A stretch of 64,000 nucleotides of DNA from a virus (Duplodnaviria; Caudoviricetes): the IMG/VR virus record IMGVR_UViG_3300012007_000015, positions 16,927 to 80,926 of that record. The stretch is one strand, 5' to 3'. Shown here piece after piece: positions 24,573-35,121 of this stretch (position 1 is the first letter of the stretch; each line of letters opens with the position of its first letter). The notes under the pieces were generated by a model. The model did not search any database and was not told the origin of the DNA. It was given only the letters and a program-made list of their open reading frames with translations. Position numbers and translations under genes: made by a program.

Positions 24573-26108
24573 TTAAAGGTGGTTTAATCTTTTTGTTAAT
24601 ATGTTTTCTATATTGTCAAATTCGGTATAAGGTATCTCGATAAGTTTTATCTTGTGTTCCTTACAATATTGGCGAACAGCATTATCCCTTTTTTGCTGGT
24701 GTGCAAATCTCTCTTCGTTGTCAACAAATCCAGTAGGACGATAATGTTGTTCTCCTTGGTATTCTATTGCAACATTTAATGACGGAATAAAAAAGTCAAG
24801 ATACATTCTTTTGTTTTCGCAAAACAAAGATTCATTATTTATCTTGTACTGCGTTTCGTAGTTTATACCAAATTTGTCTAAGCATAACATAACCTTTTCT
24901 TCGCCCCTTGATATACTACAACGTGGACAACCACTCCCCTGTAAATGAGCGTTTGCGATTTGTTGAAAATCACCATGCTTTCGACAAGTTATAGTCACGG
25001 GCATATTGTCCTTTACGTATTCAGTATGCTCGTAAGAATACCTATCCCCATGTACCTTTTTTGCTTTTTCTATAAACATTTCTGTGGTATGTCTTAACGA
25101 TAATGATTGTTCTAACAATGCACAATTCGGGCATCCACTACCCATTAAATGCGAATTTGGTGCTTGAAAAAAGTGCGTTCCGCATTTTTTGCAAATAATT
25201 TCAACAGGCTCTCTTGAATATTTGTAATCGACAAGCGAATAGTCATATTTGTCTCCATGTTTTTGTCTTGCTAAGTCAATAAAACGGCTGGTTGTATATT
25301 TGCCAAAACCGTCACATTGTGGACATCCGTAACCTCGCAAGAAATACTTCGGTTTTACAGAGAAATCTCCATGCTCTTTGCATACGACTATGATTGGCGT
25401 GTTGACATTTATGAAATCTGCTTTTGACATATCAAACCTATCTCCGTACAATTCGTTTACACGACGCAAAAACTCTTCTTTTGACATAGCCTTGGAATCA
25501 TGCAGCAAATCGTATGCACATTGCGGGCACCCATTACCATTTAAGTGATTTATTGCTTTTTGACGAAACACTCCGTGAGAATGGCATATAATATCAACAA
25601 ATGATGAAGCACCATTAAAGTTTTCTTTTGTAATCAAAGAGTAATCATATCTATCACCGTGTATTTCTTTGGCACGTTCGATAAAGTTTTCATAAGTTAT
25701 TCTAAAACTTTCTTTCATGCACTCCTTACATCCACACCCATGCAGGTGACTTTGTGCGTTCTGCAAAAAATCCCCGTGTTTTGGGCATGTAATACACACC
25801 TTTGTGCGCTTATTTACATACTCTGTCTTATCGTAATTATATTTATCACCATGAACAATCCTTGCCTGTGCAACAAATTCATCGGTTGTTCTTCTTTGAT
25901 GATTTGCACGTTCTTCTGTTCTGCATTTTATACACCCATGTCCCAGCAAATGATTGGTTGGCGTTTGCCAAAAACTACCATGTTTAGGACAAATAATCTC
26001 TACTTCTACATGGCAACCTTTGTATTCAACCTTTGAATAGTCGTACTTATTACCATGCACTTTTATTGCATCGGCAATAAATTGTTCTTTTGTCTTTTTC
26101 CCTTTCAT
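24573..26108 (-). CDS. Free-standing homing-type endonuclease: six Cys/His repeats (DUF723-like) plus C-terminal Vsr/DUF559-like nuclease
   Basis: Six ~65-aa HGDKYDYS...C.KHG.F.Q....HL.G.GC..C repeats; LDFFIPSLNVAIEYQGEQHY...RD nuclease motif; AT-richer than flanks. Confidence 0.85.
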   Translation of the reverse strand: MKGKKTKEQFIADAIKVHGNKYDYSKVEYKGCHVEVEIICPKHGSFWQTPTNHLLGHGCIKCRTEERANHQRRTTDEFVAQARIVHGDKYNYDKTEYVNKRTKVCITCPKHGDFLQNAQSHLHGCGCKECMKESFRITYENFIERAKEIHGDRYDYSLITKENFNGASSFVDIICHSHGVFRQKAINHLNGNGCPQCAYDLLHDSKAMSKEEFLRRVNELYGDRFDMSKADFINVNTPIIVVCKEHGDFSVKPKYFLRGYGCPQCDGFGKYTTSRFIDLARQKHGDKYDYSLVDYKYSREPVEIICKKCGTHFFQAPNSHLMGSGCPNCALLEQSLSLRHTTEMFIEKAKKVHGDRYSYEHTEYVKDNMPVTITCRKHGDFQQIANAHLQGSGCPRCSISRGEEKVMLCLDKFGINYETQYKINNESLFCENKRMYLDFFIPSLNVAIEYQGEQHYRPTGFVDNEERFAHQQKRDNAVRQYCKEHKIKLIEIPYTEFDNIENILTKRLNHL

Positions 26109-26205
26109 ATTATACCGAAATTTGATATGCCGAAAGATTGCAAAGTGAACAGGGCTTTCGGCTTACCTTTTCGATGGGACATGACCACACATCTATTTCA
26201 CTTTG

Positions 26206-26236
26206 CAAAGATAGTAATTTTTTTGGAACAAACAAA
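26206..26236 (-). promoter_or_regulatory. Bacteroidota sigma-A promoter upstream of the repeat endonuclease
   Basis: TTTG-N19-TATCTTTG. Confidence 0.75.
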
Positions 26237-26244
26237 TAAATTAA

Positions 26245-26859
26245 CTATAATTTAGATAATTCGGGATAAAACCTATTGTCCCTCCAATAGTACGTAGCCC
26301 CACAAGCGGGACATTTGTTGTCGCAGCCCTCAACCAAGTACATTTCTCTGTTACAATTTCTACAGATACAATCGTACTTCTTGGGTACGGTGATAAAATG
26401 ACTTTGGAAAGAGTCTCCAGAGTCAAGCGCGCCAGAGTCGTACATACTCTTAATGAGGCTTACTATATCACGCACACTGGCTTCGCTGAGTTCCTGCGAC
26501 CTGTCATGAAGAAGGTTGTTGAGAATCTTCTGTACATCAGATGACGTAAACTTGAAGTCTTTGAGGTTGGAAGCCTTGGCCTGTATCTCAGACTGGTATT
26601 CCTGCTCAATATATTCTCTCAGGTGTCTACAGCTCTGCTGTTCGAGAAGCACGTCCGCGTCATGTATAAAGCGTGATAGGTACTCATCCTCATCCTCGCT
26701 CGGCACGTTTTTCTTAAACTCAACGCTGTCAAATACTGATGCGTATGCGACGGCTGGAGTCTCGCCAAAGGCTACTTGCAAAACAAACATGTACTCCTGA
26801 AGAGTAAAGTCTATCTGCCTAACGTGCATGGCATTCAATGTATCTTGGTATGAAAGCAT
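26245..26859 (-). CDS. Hypothetical protein with C-terminal zinc ribbon
   Basis: CRNC...CPAC; N-terminal helices could be an HTH (possible small terminase, unverified). Confidence 0.6.
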   Translation of the reverse strand: MLSYQDTLNAMHVRQIDFTLQEYMFVLQVAFGETPAVAYASVFDSVEFKKNVPSEDEDEYLSRFIHDADVLLEQQSCRHLREYIEQEYQSEIQAKASNLKDFKFTSSDVQKILNNLLHDRSQELSEASVRDIVSLIKSMYDSGALDSGDSFQSHFITVPKKYDCICRNCNREMYLVEGCDNKCPACGATYYWRDNRFYPELSKL

Positions 26860-26860
26860 G

Positions 26861-27325
26861 TTATTTGTCCTCTGTTGTTGTTTTGTCCTTGTAGTAAATA
26901 ACCTCTCTGAAAACCCACTGGCTGCGTCCTTTTGCGTTATGCTCGTATATTTTACGAATCATCAGCTTTCTACGCAGTACATAATCCTGTAGCTTGCTTG
27001 TCTGCTCGGACTTATATTCACAGCAGACATACACCTTTTTCTCGTTATCGTAGAAGGAGAAGTCGTTGTGATACCCAGCATCCTGTTCAACGACTACGGT
27101 ATCATATCTAACCTTTGTCTTGAGCTGTACAGGGACAATCTTCGTTGTCTGTGGTATGAGCACGAATGGGGTGTGTACCCTCAGTCCGCTAATCTTACCA
27201 ACTCTCTGCAGGTGGCACAGGAGAATGTAGTAGTCTCGCTCCTTCCAGCTGTCGAACTCTATTCCCTTGTATTTAACCTTGTGGGCTCCGTATTTATTGG
27301 AAGTGCCGTAACCGAACCTCTTCAT
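26861..27325 (-). CDS. DUF1064-like PD-(D/E)xK nuclease
   Basis: NKYGAHKV...FDSWKE...Y.NDF...EYK...Y.LRRKLM pattern. Confidence 0.75.
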   Translation of the reverse strand: MKRFGYGTSNKYGAHKVKYKGIEFDSWKERDYYILLCHLQRVGKISGLRVHTPFVLIPQTTKIVPVQLKTKVRYDTVVVEQDAGYHNDFSFYDNEKKVYVCCEYKSEQTSKLQDYVLRRKLMIRKIYEHNAKGRSQWVFREVIYYKDKTTTEDK

Positions 27326-27738
27326 CAGTACACGTCTACGATTCTGCTTTCCTTTAGGCCTACGAGTTCAAGGTTATAACCCTGTCTGAGGTACTCGCTA
27401 ATGAACTTCTTGGCATCGTCGAAGTTCCTTGCAAACAGTAGCATGCTGTACTTCATCTCGGTCTTTGCGCCGTCTTCTGCTACAAAGAGGTCTCGTACTT
27501 CGGTGACGAACGCGCGGTCGTCGATGGATGATGGTTTGTTTGCCACCTCTCGAATCTTCGAGCGTTTGATGTCTGTAACGTCAAAATCCTCGAAGCTGTT
27601 AGAGTTAAGAACCACAAAAGCCTTGGCCTCTGCCTCTGTAAATGTGTTGCAGTCTTCGAGGATATGCCATTCCTTGTGCTGTTTCTGACTTCCGTCGTCC
27701 TCCAGTCTAAGATAAGATACTTTTACTTCGTGTAACAT
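27325..27738 (-). CDS. DUF4494-like Bacteroidota protein
   Basis: TFTEAEAK...DIKRSKIREV duplicated fold pattern. Confidence 0.65.
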   Translation of the reverse strand: MLHEVKVSYLRLEDDGSQKQHKEWHILEDCNTFTEAEAKAFVVLNSNSFEDFDVTDIKRSKIREVANKPSSIDDRAFVTEVRDLFVAEDGAKTEMKYSMLLFARNFDDAKKFISEYLRQGYNLELVGLKESRIVDVY

Positions 27739-27740
27739 AA

Positions 27741-28244
27741 TTATTCGTCTTTAATTACTATATCGATTTTAATATTCTTCGGTTTCTGTATGATGACCTT
27801 TACTGTCTGTTGCTCGTCGTTCGGAATCTCTATGGCGGTCTCCGTAGCGTCGTTGTATATGCGTATGATACGCTTGAGCATTATCCACCTCTTCTTCCAG
27901 ATGGTATCTCCGCTTATAAGCATAGACATCTTGTTTACGGCGACCTGTATAGACATGGGATGAAACCCGTATCCGCTTTTTCCAAGACGCTCGGCCATTT
28001 TGTTGTAAGGCTCGTGTGTCATCTGTCGGTATGTATACCAATACAGCCACCGCGACTGGGAAACATGCAGACTTAGCTTCTTCTTCTCAAGCAAGTCCTC
28101 CTTGTTTACATCGCACATTGAAGCGACAATGTCTGCAAGACGAGACAGGATGTCTCTTCCCTGTTCCTTGAGCATGTCGCACACGGCGCTAATATTCTCG
28201 GCCTCTGCAGACTCTATCTCTGCCTTAATCTTATCTTCGTTCAT
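27741..28244 (-). CDS. DnaA C-terminal-like HTH protein
   Basis: IVASMCDVNKEDLL...SQSRWLYWY..RQMT resembles DnaA domain IV. Confidence 0.55.
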   Translation of the reverse strand: MNEDKIKAEIESAEAENISAVCDMLKEQGRDILSRLADIVASMCDVNKEDLLEKKKLSLHVSQSRWLYWYTYRQMTHEPYNKMAERLGKSGYGFHPMSIQVAVNKMSMLISGDTIWKKRWIMLKRIIRIYNDATETAIEIPNDEQQTVKVIIQKPKNIKIDIVIKDE

Positions 28245-28662
28245 TTCTGTTTCGCTCGTTTATGCTGTTTATTATTGTCTGTTGTGACATAGGAAGCCGT
28301 TCGACGTACAGGTTAAGTCTGTGTTGTCTCTCTCTGCCGAGGATGCTGTCCCATACTCCAGATATTGCAAATTTCCAATGCAGGAAAGTAAACTGGCCCT
28401 TAAACGCAACGGTGTCTCCATCCATACATTTCTCAAGGTAGCACTCCCACTTGGGCGTACGCTCTCTCTTCTTGTATTCCATGGACTTCTCGTCGTACTC
28501 AAGCAGTGGTTTTCTCTTGAGCCAGAGGTATGTGCGTCCCTCCTTCTTGAAGTACTGGCCCTCAATAGGTGAAAGGTTGACCTTCTCCACGGAGAGATTT
28601 CCCTCGTAGCGTCCGTCAGCCTTCCTTTCCAAGTGTCCGTTTGTATAACTGTCGTCGAACAT
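28231..28662 (-). CDS. Hypothetical beta-rich protein
   Basis: 143 aa coupled ORF. Confidence 0.65.
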   Translation of the reverse strand: MFDDSYTNGHLERKADGRYEGNLSVEKVNLSPIEGQYFKKEGRTYLWLKRKPLLEYDEKSMEYKKRERTPKWECYLEKCMDGDTVAFKGQFTFLHWKFAISGVWDSILGRERQHRLNLYVERLPMSQQTIINSINERNRNERR

Positions 28663-28674
28663 ACAACTGGCTTC

Positions 28675-29823
28675 TTATATATCTAACAACATTGGCATGA
28701 TAACTCCAGTGTACTCTGAGTCCTCTCCCTGAGTTTCTGGTGTTATCATTACTGGCTTTGTCTCTTCTGACATGAGAAGAGTTACATTGTCGTCCATGAC
28801 GTTAGACAGCAGCCCAGCAAATACACTTCCCTTTACGCCGACGGAAAACTCTTCGCCCTGATAGTCGCAGCTGATTTCCTCGTTTGCGGACTTGGAGAAG
28901 TCTAAGTCCTTCGTGCTAAGCGTGAGTTTTCCTTCTGTGAAATTAAGAGACACGCACTCGCTTGTCGTGTTTCCAAGCGGAAGGACTCTCTTCAGGGCGT
29001 TCAAAATGTCCTCCTTGCTTACTGTTGCTGTTTTTGTCGGCTTGGACTGCAGCAGCCTGTCATAATCTGGATAATTCCCCTCAAGTATTCTCGCCGTCAG
29101 CTTGAAGTTGCTGCGTGAAAGAACAATCATGTGGTCGCATATTGTTAGCTTGACGTCGCCGTCTGTCTTCCCGAGGATAACGGATATTACGCGGGCTGTC
29201 TTGCTTGGAATCGTAAAGAAGCAGACATTACCATCGTCATTCGTCACAGTCCTGTTCGTATACTTGGACAATTTCTGATGGTCTAACGCTACGCTTACCA
29301 TTCTGTCGGCGAAAAAGTCAAAGTGGATACCGCTCATGATTGGCCTTATTGCCGAGTTAGACATGGCAATCTCAGTAAGAACGATGGCGTTCAACAGAAT
29401 GTCCGAGTCAATGAGTTTCTCCGTCTTCCCGTCATCTCCCATGGCTGGGCTTGGGAACTCGTCCGCATTGTCTGCAGGAAACACAAACTGTCCGTTCTCG
29501 TACTTTGCGCATACTGTCGGTTCACCATCCTCATACTCAAGCGAAACGACACGCCCAGAGAGATTCTTGAGGGCCTTGATGAAGTCGTGTACACCAACGG
29601 CAACAGCGAATCCTGTGTCGCCGCTGACAAGCTCTCCTTTCACTGCGAGCCATTGTTCTCCATCGCTGGCGTTAAACACAACAGAAGGCTTTCCTTCCTT
29701 GTCGACGAAACTCTTGATTACCACGTCTGACAAAATCGGCAGCGGACTTTTTGCTGCCACGACGCTGCTTGCCTGTATAATCTGTGGAAGAACGTCGCTA
29801 ACATTGAATACAATTTGCTTCAT
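28675..29823 (-). CDS. dnaN: DNA polymerase III beta sliding clamp
   Basis: 382 aa; PILSDVVI, DEFP, RPIMSGIHF, GNYPDYDRLL and GVIMPM motifs. Confidence 0.92.
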   Translation of the reverse strand: MKQIVFNVSDVLPQIIQASSVVAAKSPLPILSDVVIKSFVDKEGKPSVVFNASDGEQWLAVKGELVSGDTGFAVAVGVHDFIKALKNLSGRVVSLEYEDGEPTVCAKYENGQFVFPADNADEFPSPAMGDDGKTEKLIDSDILLNAIVLTEIAMSNSAIRPIMSGIHFDFFADRMVSVALDHQKLSKYTNRTVTNDDGNVCFFTIPSKTARVISVILGKTDGDVKLTICDHMIVLSRSNFKLTARILEGNYPDYDRLLQSKPTKTATVSKEDILNALKRVLPLGNTTSECVSLNFTEGKLTLSTKDLDFSKSANEEISCDYQGEEFSVGVKGSVFAGLLSNVMDDNVTLLMSEETKPVMITPETQGEDSEYTGVIMPMLLDI

Positions 29824-29852
29824 AATAACACTTTCTTTGTTAATACGTTTAG

Positions 29853-29925
29853 TGGGGAAGGGCGGACTCGAACCACCATGGCCAGATTTTCAGTCTGGTG
29901 CATTGACCATCTTTGCTACTGCCCC
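29853..29925 (-). tRNA. trnF: tRNA-Phe (GAA), CCA not encoded
   Basis: Cloverleaf GGGGCAG/CTTCCCC-A, anticodon arm CCAGA-CTGAAAA-TCTGG, T arm GGTGG-TTCGAGT-CCGCC. Confidence 0.88.
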
Positions 29926-30068
29926 AAAAGAAAACCTACTTCGTTTCACAACGTTTCGGTTGTTTATAACTATAAACAATTCAAACAATCCTTATAGAGC
30001 CTAACACATTTCACAACGTCTCAGCAGTACGTAAACAAAGTATTAACCTAAAATGAAATTCACGACCA

Positions 30069-30100
30069 CAAAGGTAATATATAAATTTTGAATATGCAAA
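30069..30100 (-). promoter_or_regulatory. Bacteroidota sigma-A promoter for the tRNA-dnaN operon
   Basis: TTTG-N20-TACCTTTG. Confidence 0.75.
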
Positions 30101-30114
30101 CAAATCTTAGGAAT

Positions 30115-30534
30115 TTAACCATTATTAATATTCCTCCAGATTACTCTGGCTCCTTTATAGGTTAAATATGAACTAACGAGCATGTTTGCCGCAGCTATCG
30201 CGTATATCTGCCATACTTCAAGTTCGATGTTAATACAGTATTTCTCTATTAAGCTAACGAACAAGAACGCGCAAGCAAGCTTATTCCATATACAGGTTTC
30301 TACGGCAACGGACAACACTACGAGAACAATCATTACAGTCCAATCGTATTCAAACAGGCTTGCTATGGCCCAAGATATTGTTTTTACTGGAACGATGCTG
30401 CCGTTGAAGTAAGCGTACCTGCATGTCGCAACGGAGTATAGACTTTCGAAGTACGACACAAAAAGAATTAGGCAGAAAACAAATGGAAGGATTTTCGCAA
30501 TTCGTATAAGAAGAACCCTGAATGCTCGTATCAC
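30115..30534 (-). CDS. Multi-pass membrane protein
   Basis: GTG start; about four hydrophobic helices. Confidence 0.7.
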   Translation of the reverse strand: MIRAFRVLLIRIAKILPFVFCLILFVSYFESLYSVATCRYAYFNGSIVPVKTISWAIASLFEYDWTVMIVLVVLSVAVETCIWNKLACAFLFVSLIEKYCINIELEVWQIYAIAAANMLVSSYLTYKGARVIWRNINNG

Positions 30535-30677
30535 TTTCGCCTCATCTTAATTTTAAATGTAACGCCGTTATCTGGAACCCTTGTTGGCGCATTGGTAACT
30601 GAGTCGTTATTCTTCTTGGCAATCTTAGCCTTTGATGTTAACTTGACCTTTCCCTTGTTCTTGCGTGGCTTGCCCAT
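30531..30677 (-). CDS. 48-aa Lys-rich basic peptide (not in the ORF track)
   Basis: MGKPRKNKGKVKLTSKAK...; GTGA-coupled to the next gene. Confidence 0.55.
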   Translation of the reverse strand: MGKPRKNKGKVKLTSKAKIAKKNNDSVTNAPTRVPDNGVTFKIKMRRK

Positions 30678-30679
30678 AT

Positions 30680-31474
30680 CTAAAACTGCGACTTTTCCTT
30701 TTCAATACAATCATTCAGCTGTTTCTTCATAGCATCGAGCTTGTCAAACGATTCCTTAGGTACCCTTGGAGCTCCCTCGCAGTATGACTTAAGAGAAGGG
30801 GTGTCGAAATTATATTCATCACACTTCGTGATGTACTCTATAAACTCGAAGTATGTTTCTATACTTACGTTGTTCTCAACGCAGTATATGATTTCTTTCA
30901 TGCTCATGCAGATGCCATCCCCGTGCGCGTATGCTTCTCCGACGTCTTCTCCGACCCACCATCCGTCTGATGCGTCAAGGTTCCAGATGTTAAGCAGCGT
31001 GTCTACGAACTGCTGACAAGCCTTCTCGTAGTTATCTCGGAGAATCTGTATGTGGTTTTTTGTTAGATTGTTGTTCATATATTAAGAAGAAATGGAGTGT
31101 GCTTTTCTATCCATCTGGATAGGGCCTCATGTAAACCACACACACCACGCACATGAGAATTTTTGTAAGTGTTATTTCTACTTGTTTTTCTTATCCTCTA
31201 CCTACTCCCTGAATTTAAAGTTCATTTCGTAGGTTGTGTCAGGCGCACCACTCCCGACATTAGGTGCATGCGTTGTTGCCAATGGTATAAAAGGCTGTGT
31301 CCGTTCCACACAAGAGAGGATTTGACTTGTGTCACTAAACACATCGATAGCGGATACATTGTCTTTGTTATCAATAATCGCTACGACTTCCTCTACGGTG
31401 CAATCGAATTTTTGGTTCTGACCACCAGTCTGAATTTGAGGAATGCCCAACAACGCGAACAATAAAATAATCAT
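30680..31474 (-). CDS. Two hypothetical proteins (31202-31474, 30680-31078)
   Basis: ORFs co-oriented with the block. Confidence 0.6.
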
Positions 31475-31486
31475 ATACTGAGATTT

Positions 31487-31774
31487 TTATTTCTTCTTTT
31501 TGCCTCCACGGGCGCGACGGTCTCCTGCCGTATCAGACTTGGAACCTCTGTTGACTGACTTGGACTTGTATACAAGTCCATGCGAAGTGTGGGACAAATC
31601 CTTCCCTTCTCTGGACTTCTTTCCATACTTTTTGTCGTGCTCTCGGTTCTTCTTCTTGAGCTCGACACGTTTCTTGACTTGTTCTGGCTTCTTGTTGAAC
31701 TCAGAGTCGTACTCCGCCTTCTTCTTTCTCGCCTCGGGGTGCGTACGATAGTACTTTGCTGACCTACTAACCAT
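31487..31774 (-). CDS. Small very basic protein, degenerate HNH-like
   Basis: GKDLSH...NR motif resembling a minimal beta-beta-alpha fold; Lys/Arg rich. Confidence 0.5.
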   Translation of the reverse strand: MVSRSAKYYRTHPEARKKKAEYDSEFNKKPEQVKKRVELKKKNREHDKKYGKKSREGKDLSHTSHGLVYKSKSVNRGSKSDTAGDRRARGGKKKK

Positions 31775-31776
31775 AA

Positions 31777-31935
31777 TTATTCTGATTTAGACCACAATAA
31801 AAGATAGCCGTTGTACAGCCCTCGTTTGAAGGACTTGTACTTAACCTTCCCTTGTTTGATGAGGGAGTATACGTAAGTAGTACTCTTGTGAATCCTGCTT
31901 GCGTACTCCGACGGTGAAATCCATTCCTGTTTCAT
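31777..31935 (-). CDS. 52-aa excisionase-like HTH protein (not in the ORF track)
   Basis: WISPSEYASRIHKSTTYVYSLIKQGKV pattern. Confidence 0.6.
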   Translation of the reverse strand: MKQEWISPSEYASRIHKSTTYVYSLIKQGKVKYKSFKRGLYNGYLLLWSKSE

Positions 31936-31940
31936 AGGCG

Positions 31941-32303
31941 TTATCTGAAATCACCGTTACCATCAATAACTCCGCGTTTCTGACGGTCTGCGAGCTTTTC
32001 AAGGTTTTCTTGGCAGATTTCCTCCAGAGACCATCCCATTGTGTGACACATGCCAGCCAGACCCCACATAACGTCTCCGAGCTCGGCTTTCATGGCTTTG
32101 TAGTCCTCTGCCGTCAGCCCCTCGTCGCCGTCTTCGCCGAGAAAGTTGCCGTTGATGATGGCTTTCTTCTTGCGGATATGTTTGGCAACCTTTCCGAAGA
32201 ACTCTCCCATTTCGCTCATAATCTCGAACGACATGTACGAGAAGTTGTCGCAGCTATCCATACAGGTAGTCATGGCCCGCTCTTGGTATTCCTTAATTGT
32301 CAT
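31941..32303 (-). CDS. MazG-like nucleotide pyrophosphohydrolase
   Basis: EMGEFFGKVAK...ELGDVMW...NLEKLADR motifs; start reassigned to 32303. Confidence 0.88.
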   Translation of the reverse strand: MTIKEYQERAMTTCMDSCDNFSYMSFEIMSEMGEFFGKVAKHIRKKKAIINGNFLGEDGDEGLTAEDYKAMKAELGDVMWGLAGMCHTMGWSLEEICQENLEKLADRQKRGVIDGNGDFR

Positions 32304-32331
32304 GGCTCGCCTCCTCTTCAATGTTTTTGTC

Positions 32332-35121
32332 TTACATCTCTGCCTGCATAGCCTCGACAATCTGCTGTGCGCGCTCCTCGTCAGAGAGAGCCTTGAACAC
32401 AACCATCTCGGTCATTGTGTCCGTATACTCCTTCTCGCGTGCGAGTACGGCCTCTACGAACTGCTTGTTGGTCATGTCCTCTTTCTTCTCGTCGAGGATG
32501 ACGTGAAGACGTGCGATATTGTGCATGTAAGTCTCGTATAAAAGGAAAGCGTCCGTCTCGTTCTCGCCGAGCCCATACAGGGGAGCGAAGATATTGTTGA
32601 GCCACTTGTCGACAATCCAAGCGATATTATACTCGGTGTCGTCCTGCTTCTCCTTGAGCACGTCCATCATCTTCTTGTATGAGCGCGTCGGATTGCCCTT
32701 GGCATCCTTGACCACACAGTCGTTTTCAAGGGCCATCTCAATCATGCGCTTGATATAGAGGTACGGTCTGGATATACCAGAGGCCACTATACGATGGAAT
32801 ACGTGTGTATGAAACATTGTTCCAACGGTGGCAAAGTCATTGTTAACGTAAAGGCGGAGCCACTTGTCCCCGAAGAACACCTCCGACCCGTCACTCGTTC
32901 TCTCAACAACGATTAATGCGTTTCTGAGTCTGCGCTCAAGCTGAGCAGCCGTTGGTTTCTTCTCCTGTCTGATTGGTTTTGCTGTCATAATGATTATTGT
33001 GTTTCTTCTATATACTTGTCTATTTCTTTGATTCTTGCCTCCATCTGCCGTATGGCGTTTTCGATGGTAGCAGTAGGATAGCTTTCAAGAACGTCCTTCA
33101 AAACGACGACTTGTACGTAAAGCCTGTTCCTTGTAACTGCTATATTCTTCTTATCCATTAGGCGTCTGGATTCTGCTGTGACTTCCAGATGGCCAGCAGC
33201 CGCAGCTTGATAGTCTCCTCGTTGGTAGGGAGCTTACCCTTAATCTTGTTTGTTTTGTTGTAGCTCTTGAGCCAAGCCACAGCCTCTTCAAGGTTTGTTA
33301 TCTCTGGGAAGCACCACTCGTTTTCAGGAACGTCCTTTGCGCCAGCGTCTGCTCCGTCAGCCTCGATTTCTGCTGCTTCGTCAACAAGGGTTTGCGCGGC
33401 CTTGCGTGATTCCTCGTCGAGGTCGGCGTTTTCAATCTCCTCGGTATCCATGTATTCAGGAACGACGAAAATTTCTTCGATTTTCGAGAACGGCTCAAGC
33501 GAAAATGTCTTCTTGACCCTCGGTGCCTTATCTGTCGCTGCATCGTATGTCGCTACAGCGTACGCCCGATAACCACCTCTCATCTCAAGAACAGCTACGC
33601 CATTCTTAAAAGACTTCTTTGGGTCTTCGTGCTTTTTTAACGGTATCGACGGAATATTCAGATACCGCAAAACTTCCTTTTCAAATTCTATTGTCATAAT
33701 ATATGGTTTTAATGATTTCTATAAAAAGCAACTACTTATTTTCCCAAACTTTCGTTGCAAAACCTAATAACATAAAAAAATAAGAACACTACTCTCGGTG
33801 CAAAGTTACGAATTACTTTGTATATGCCAAAATAATTATATGTTTTTAACATAAAAATTATTTGATTCCAAGGCTGCTCTTAACGGCGGCAATTTTCGTC
33901 AGCCCTTCTTTCGTGGGCTTTCCATCCTTGCCGAAAGGAACGAGAATCTGCAGGTTGTGATGTATCTGCACAAACTTCCACCCGCTTTTGATTCGCTCTC
34001 GCTCCAGTTTCTTTACTTTTTCGAGGATGGTCTTTTCCTTGGACTTGTCGTCCACCCTCTTTTCCATTATCCAATTTGTCGACGTTGCCATAATAACTAA
34101 TTACAAACCTTTACCGTTTTTCCTACTTGTTTGTTAGAAATGAAAGACTTAAACGGTGTGACTACCGTTTCCTTCTTCTCTACGTCAACAACCTGTGACG
34201 CCGTATAGACATTCTCTGTGTCTTCATCGCTGAGTCTCTTTGCGACCATAATTGCGCTTGCTTTATCCATGTTTGTCTCAACAGTATATTGCTTGTGCTC
34301 TTTCTGGTCGTATTTATTAACACACCAGCTCTCCCCAACGACAGAGGATTCCCTCTCGATTTCGCATTTGAACAGCCGAAGGGTTCTATCCTCGTCGCCA
34401 AAGTCTATTCTTATTACTGTATCAGTATCGTCCTCTATACGCTGCTGCCCTCCGAGTTGCCAAGCCTCTGGTAGCTGTGCCCATCGCATGATGTTATGGT
34501 ACAGCGTCTCAGACTCTTCGTTCATCTCGTTTGTCCCGTAGCTTTCTGCGTAGAAATCAGACCAAAACTTAATGAATTGCTGATATGCCTTGTCGAGGTC
34601 GTTACATGCCTTTGCGATGTCATACCTGCGGCCACCAAAACTATCGAGAAGGGCTACAGCGTTGCCGAAGACCCTATATGCCGCCATGATGGATGCGTGA
34701 TACGTCGTCAGAAGTTTGGATATTCGGTCGTACACGCCGAGCTCGCGAGCCTTCTCAAGACTAAGGCCCCTGATGCCAGCGGCCTTAATCCTTTTATGCA
34801 CATCTTCTGACACGTCTACGTTAAACGGCAGCTCTATCGTTTCATATTTGTCCATTTACTTCGATATAAGTTAACCTCAGTGCGCCTATGTTTTCAAACA
34901 TAATGCTAAGCGTTTAAATTCTTGAACAGTCCGCCATTCTTCACGAATGCCTTGATGGGCACCTTGCAATACGTTACACCTCCGTAAGAGACGTCCACAA
35001 TCGGACAGTCAACGAACAGGTTCCTATACTTTACGTCAACAAGGACGACATACTTTGGCATGCGTAGCTCCCTTTCGAGCCCGCTATGCGAATGTAGTTG
35101 TACAACACCTACAGACATCAT
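32332..35121 (-). CDS. Hypothetical proteins (32332-32988, 32994-33158, 33158-33697, 33858-34091, 34097-34855, 34906-35121)
   Basis: Tightly packed co-oriented ORFs with no recognisable motifs. Confidence 0.65.
33801..33831 (-). promoter_or_regulatory. Bacteroidota sigma-A promoter
   Basis: TTTG-N19-TAACTTTG. Confidence 0.8.
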
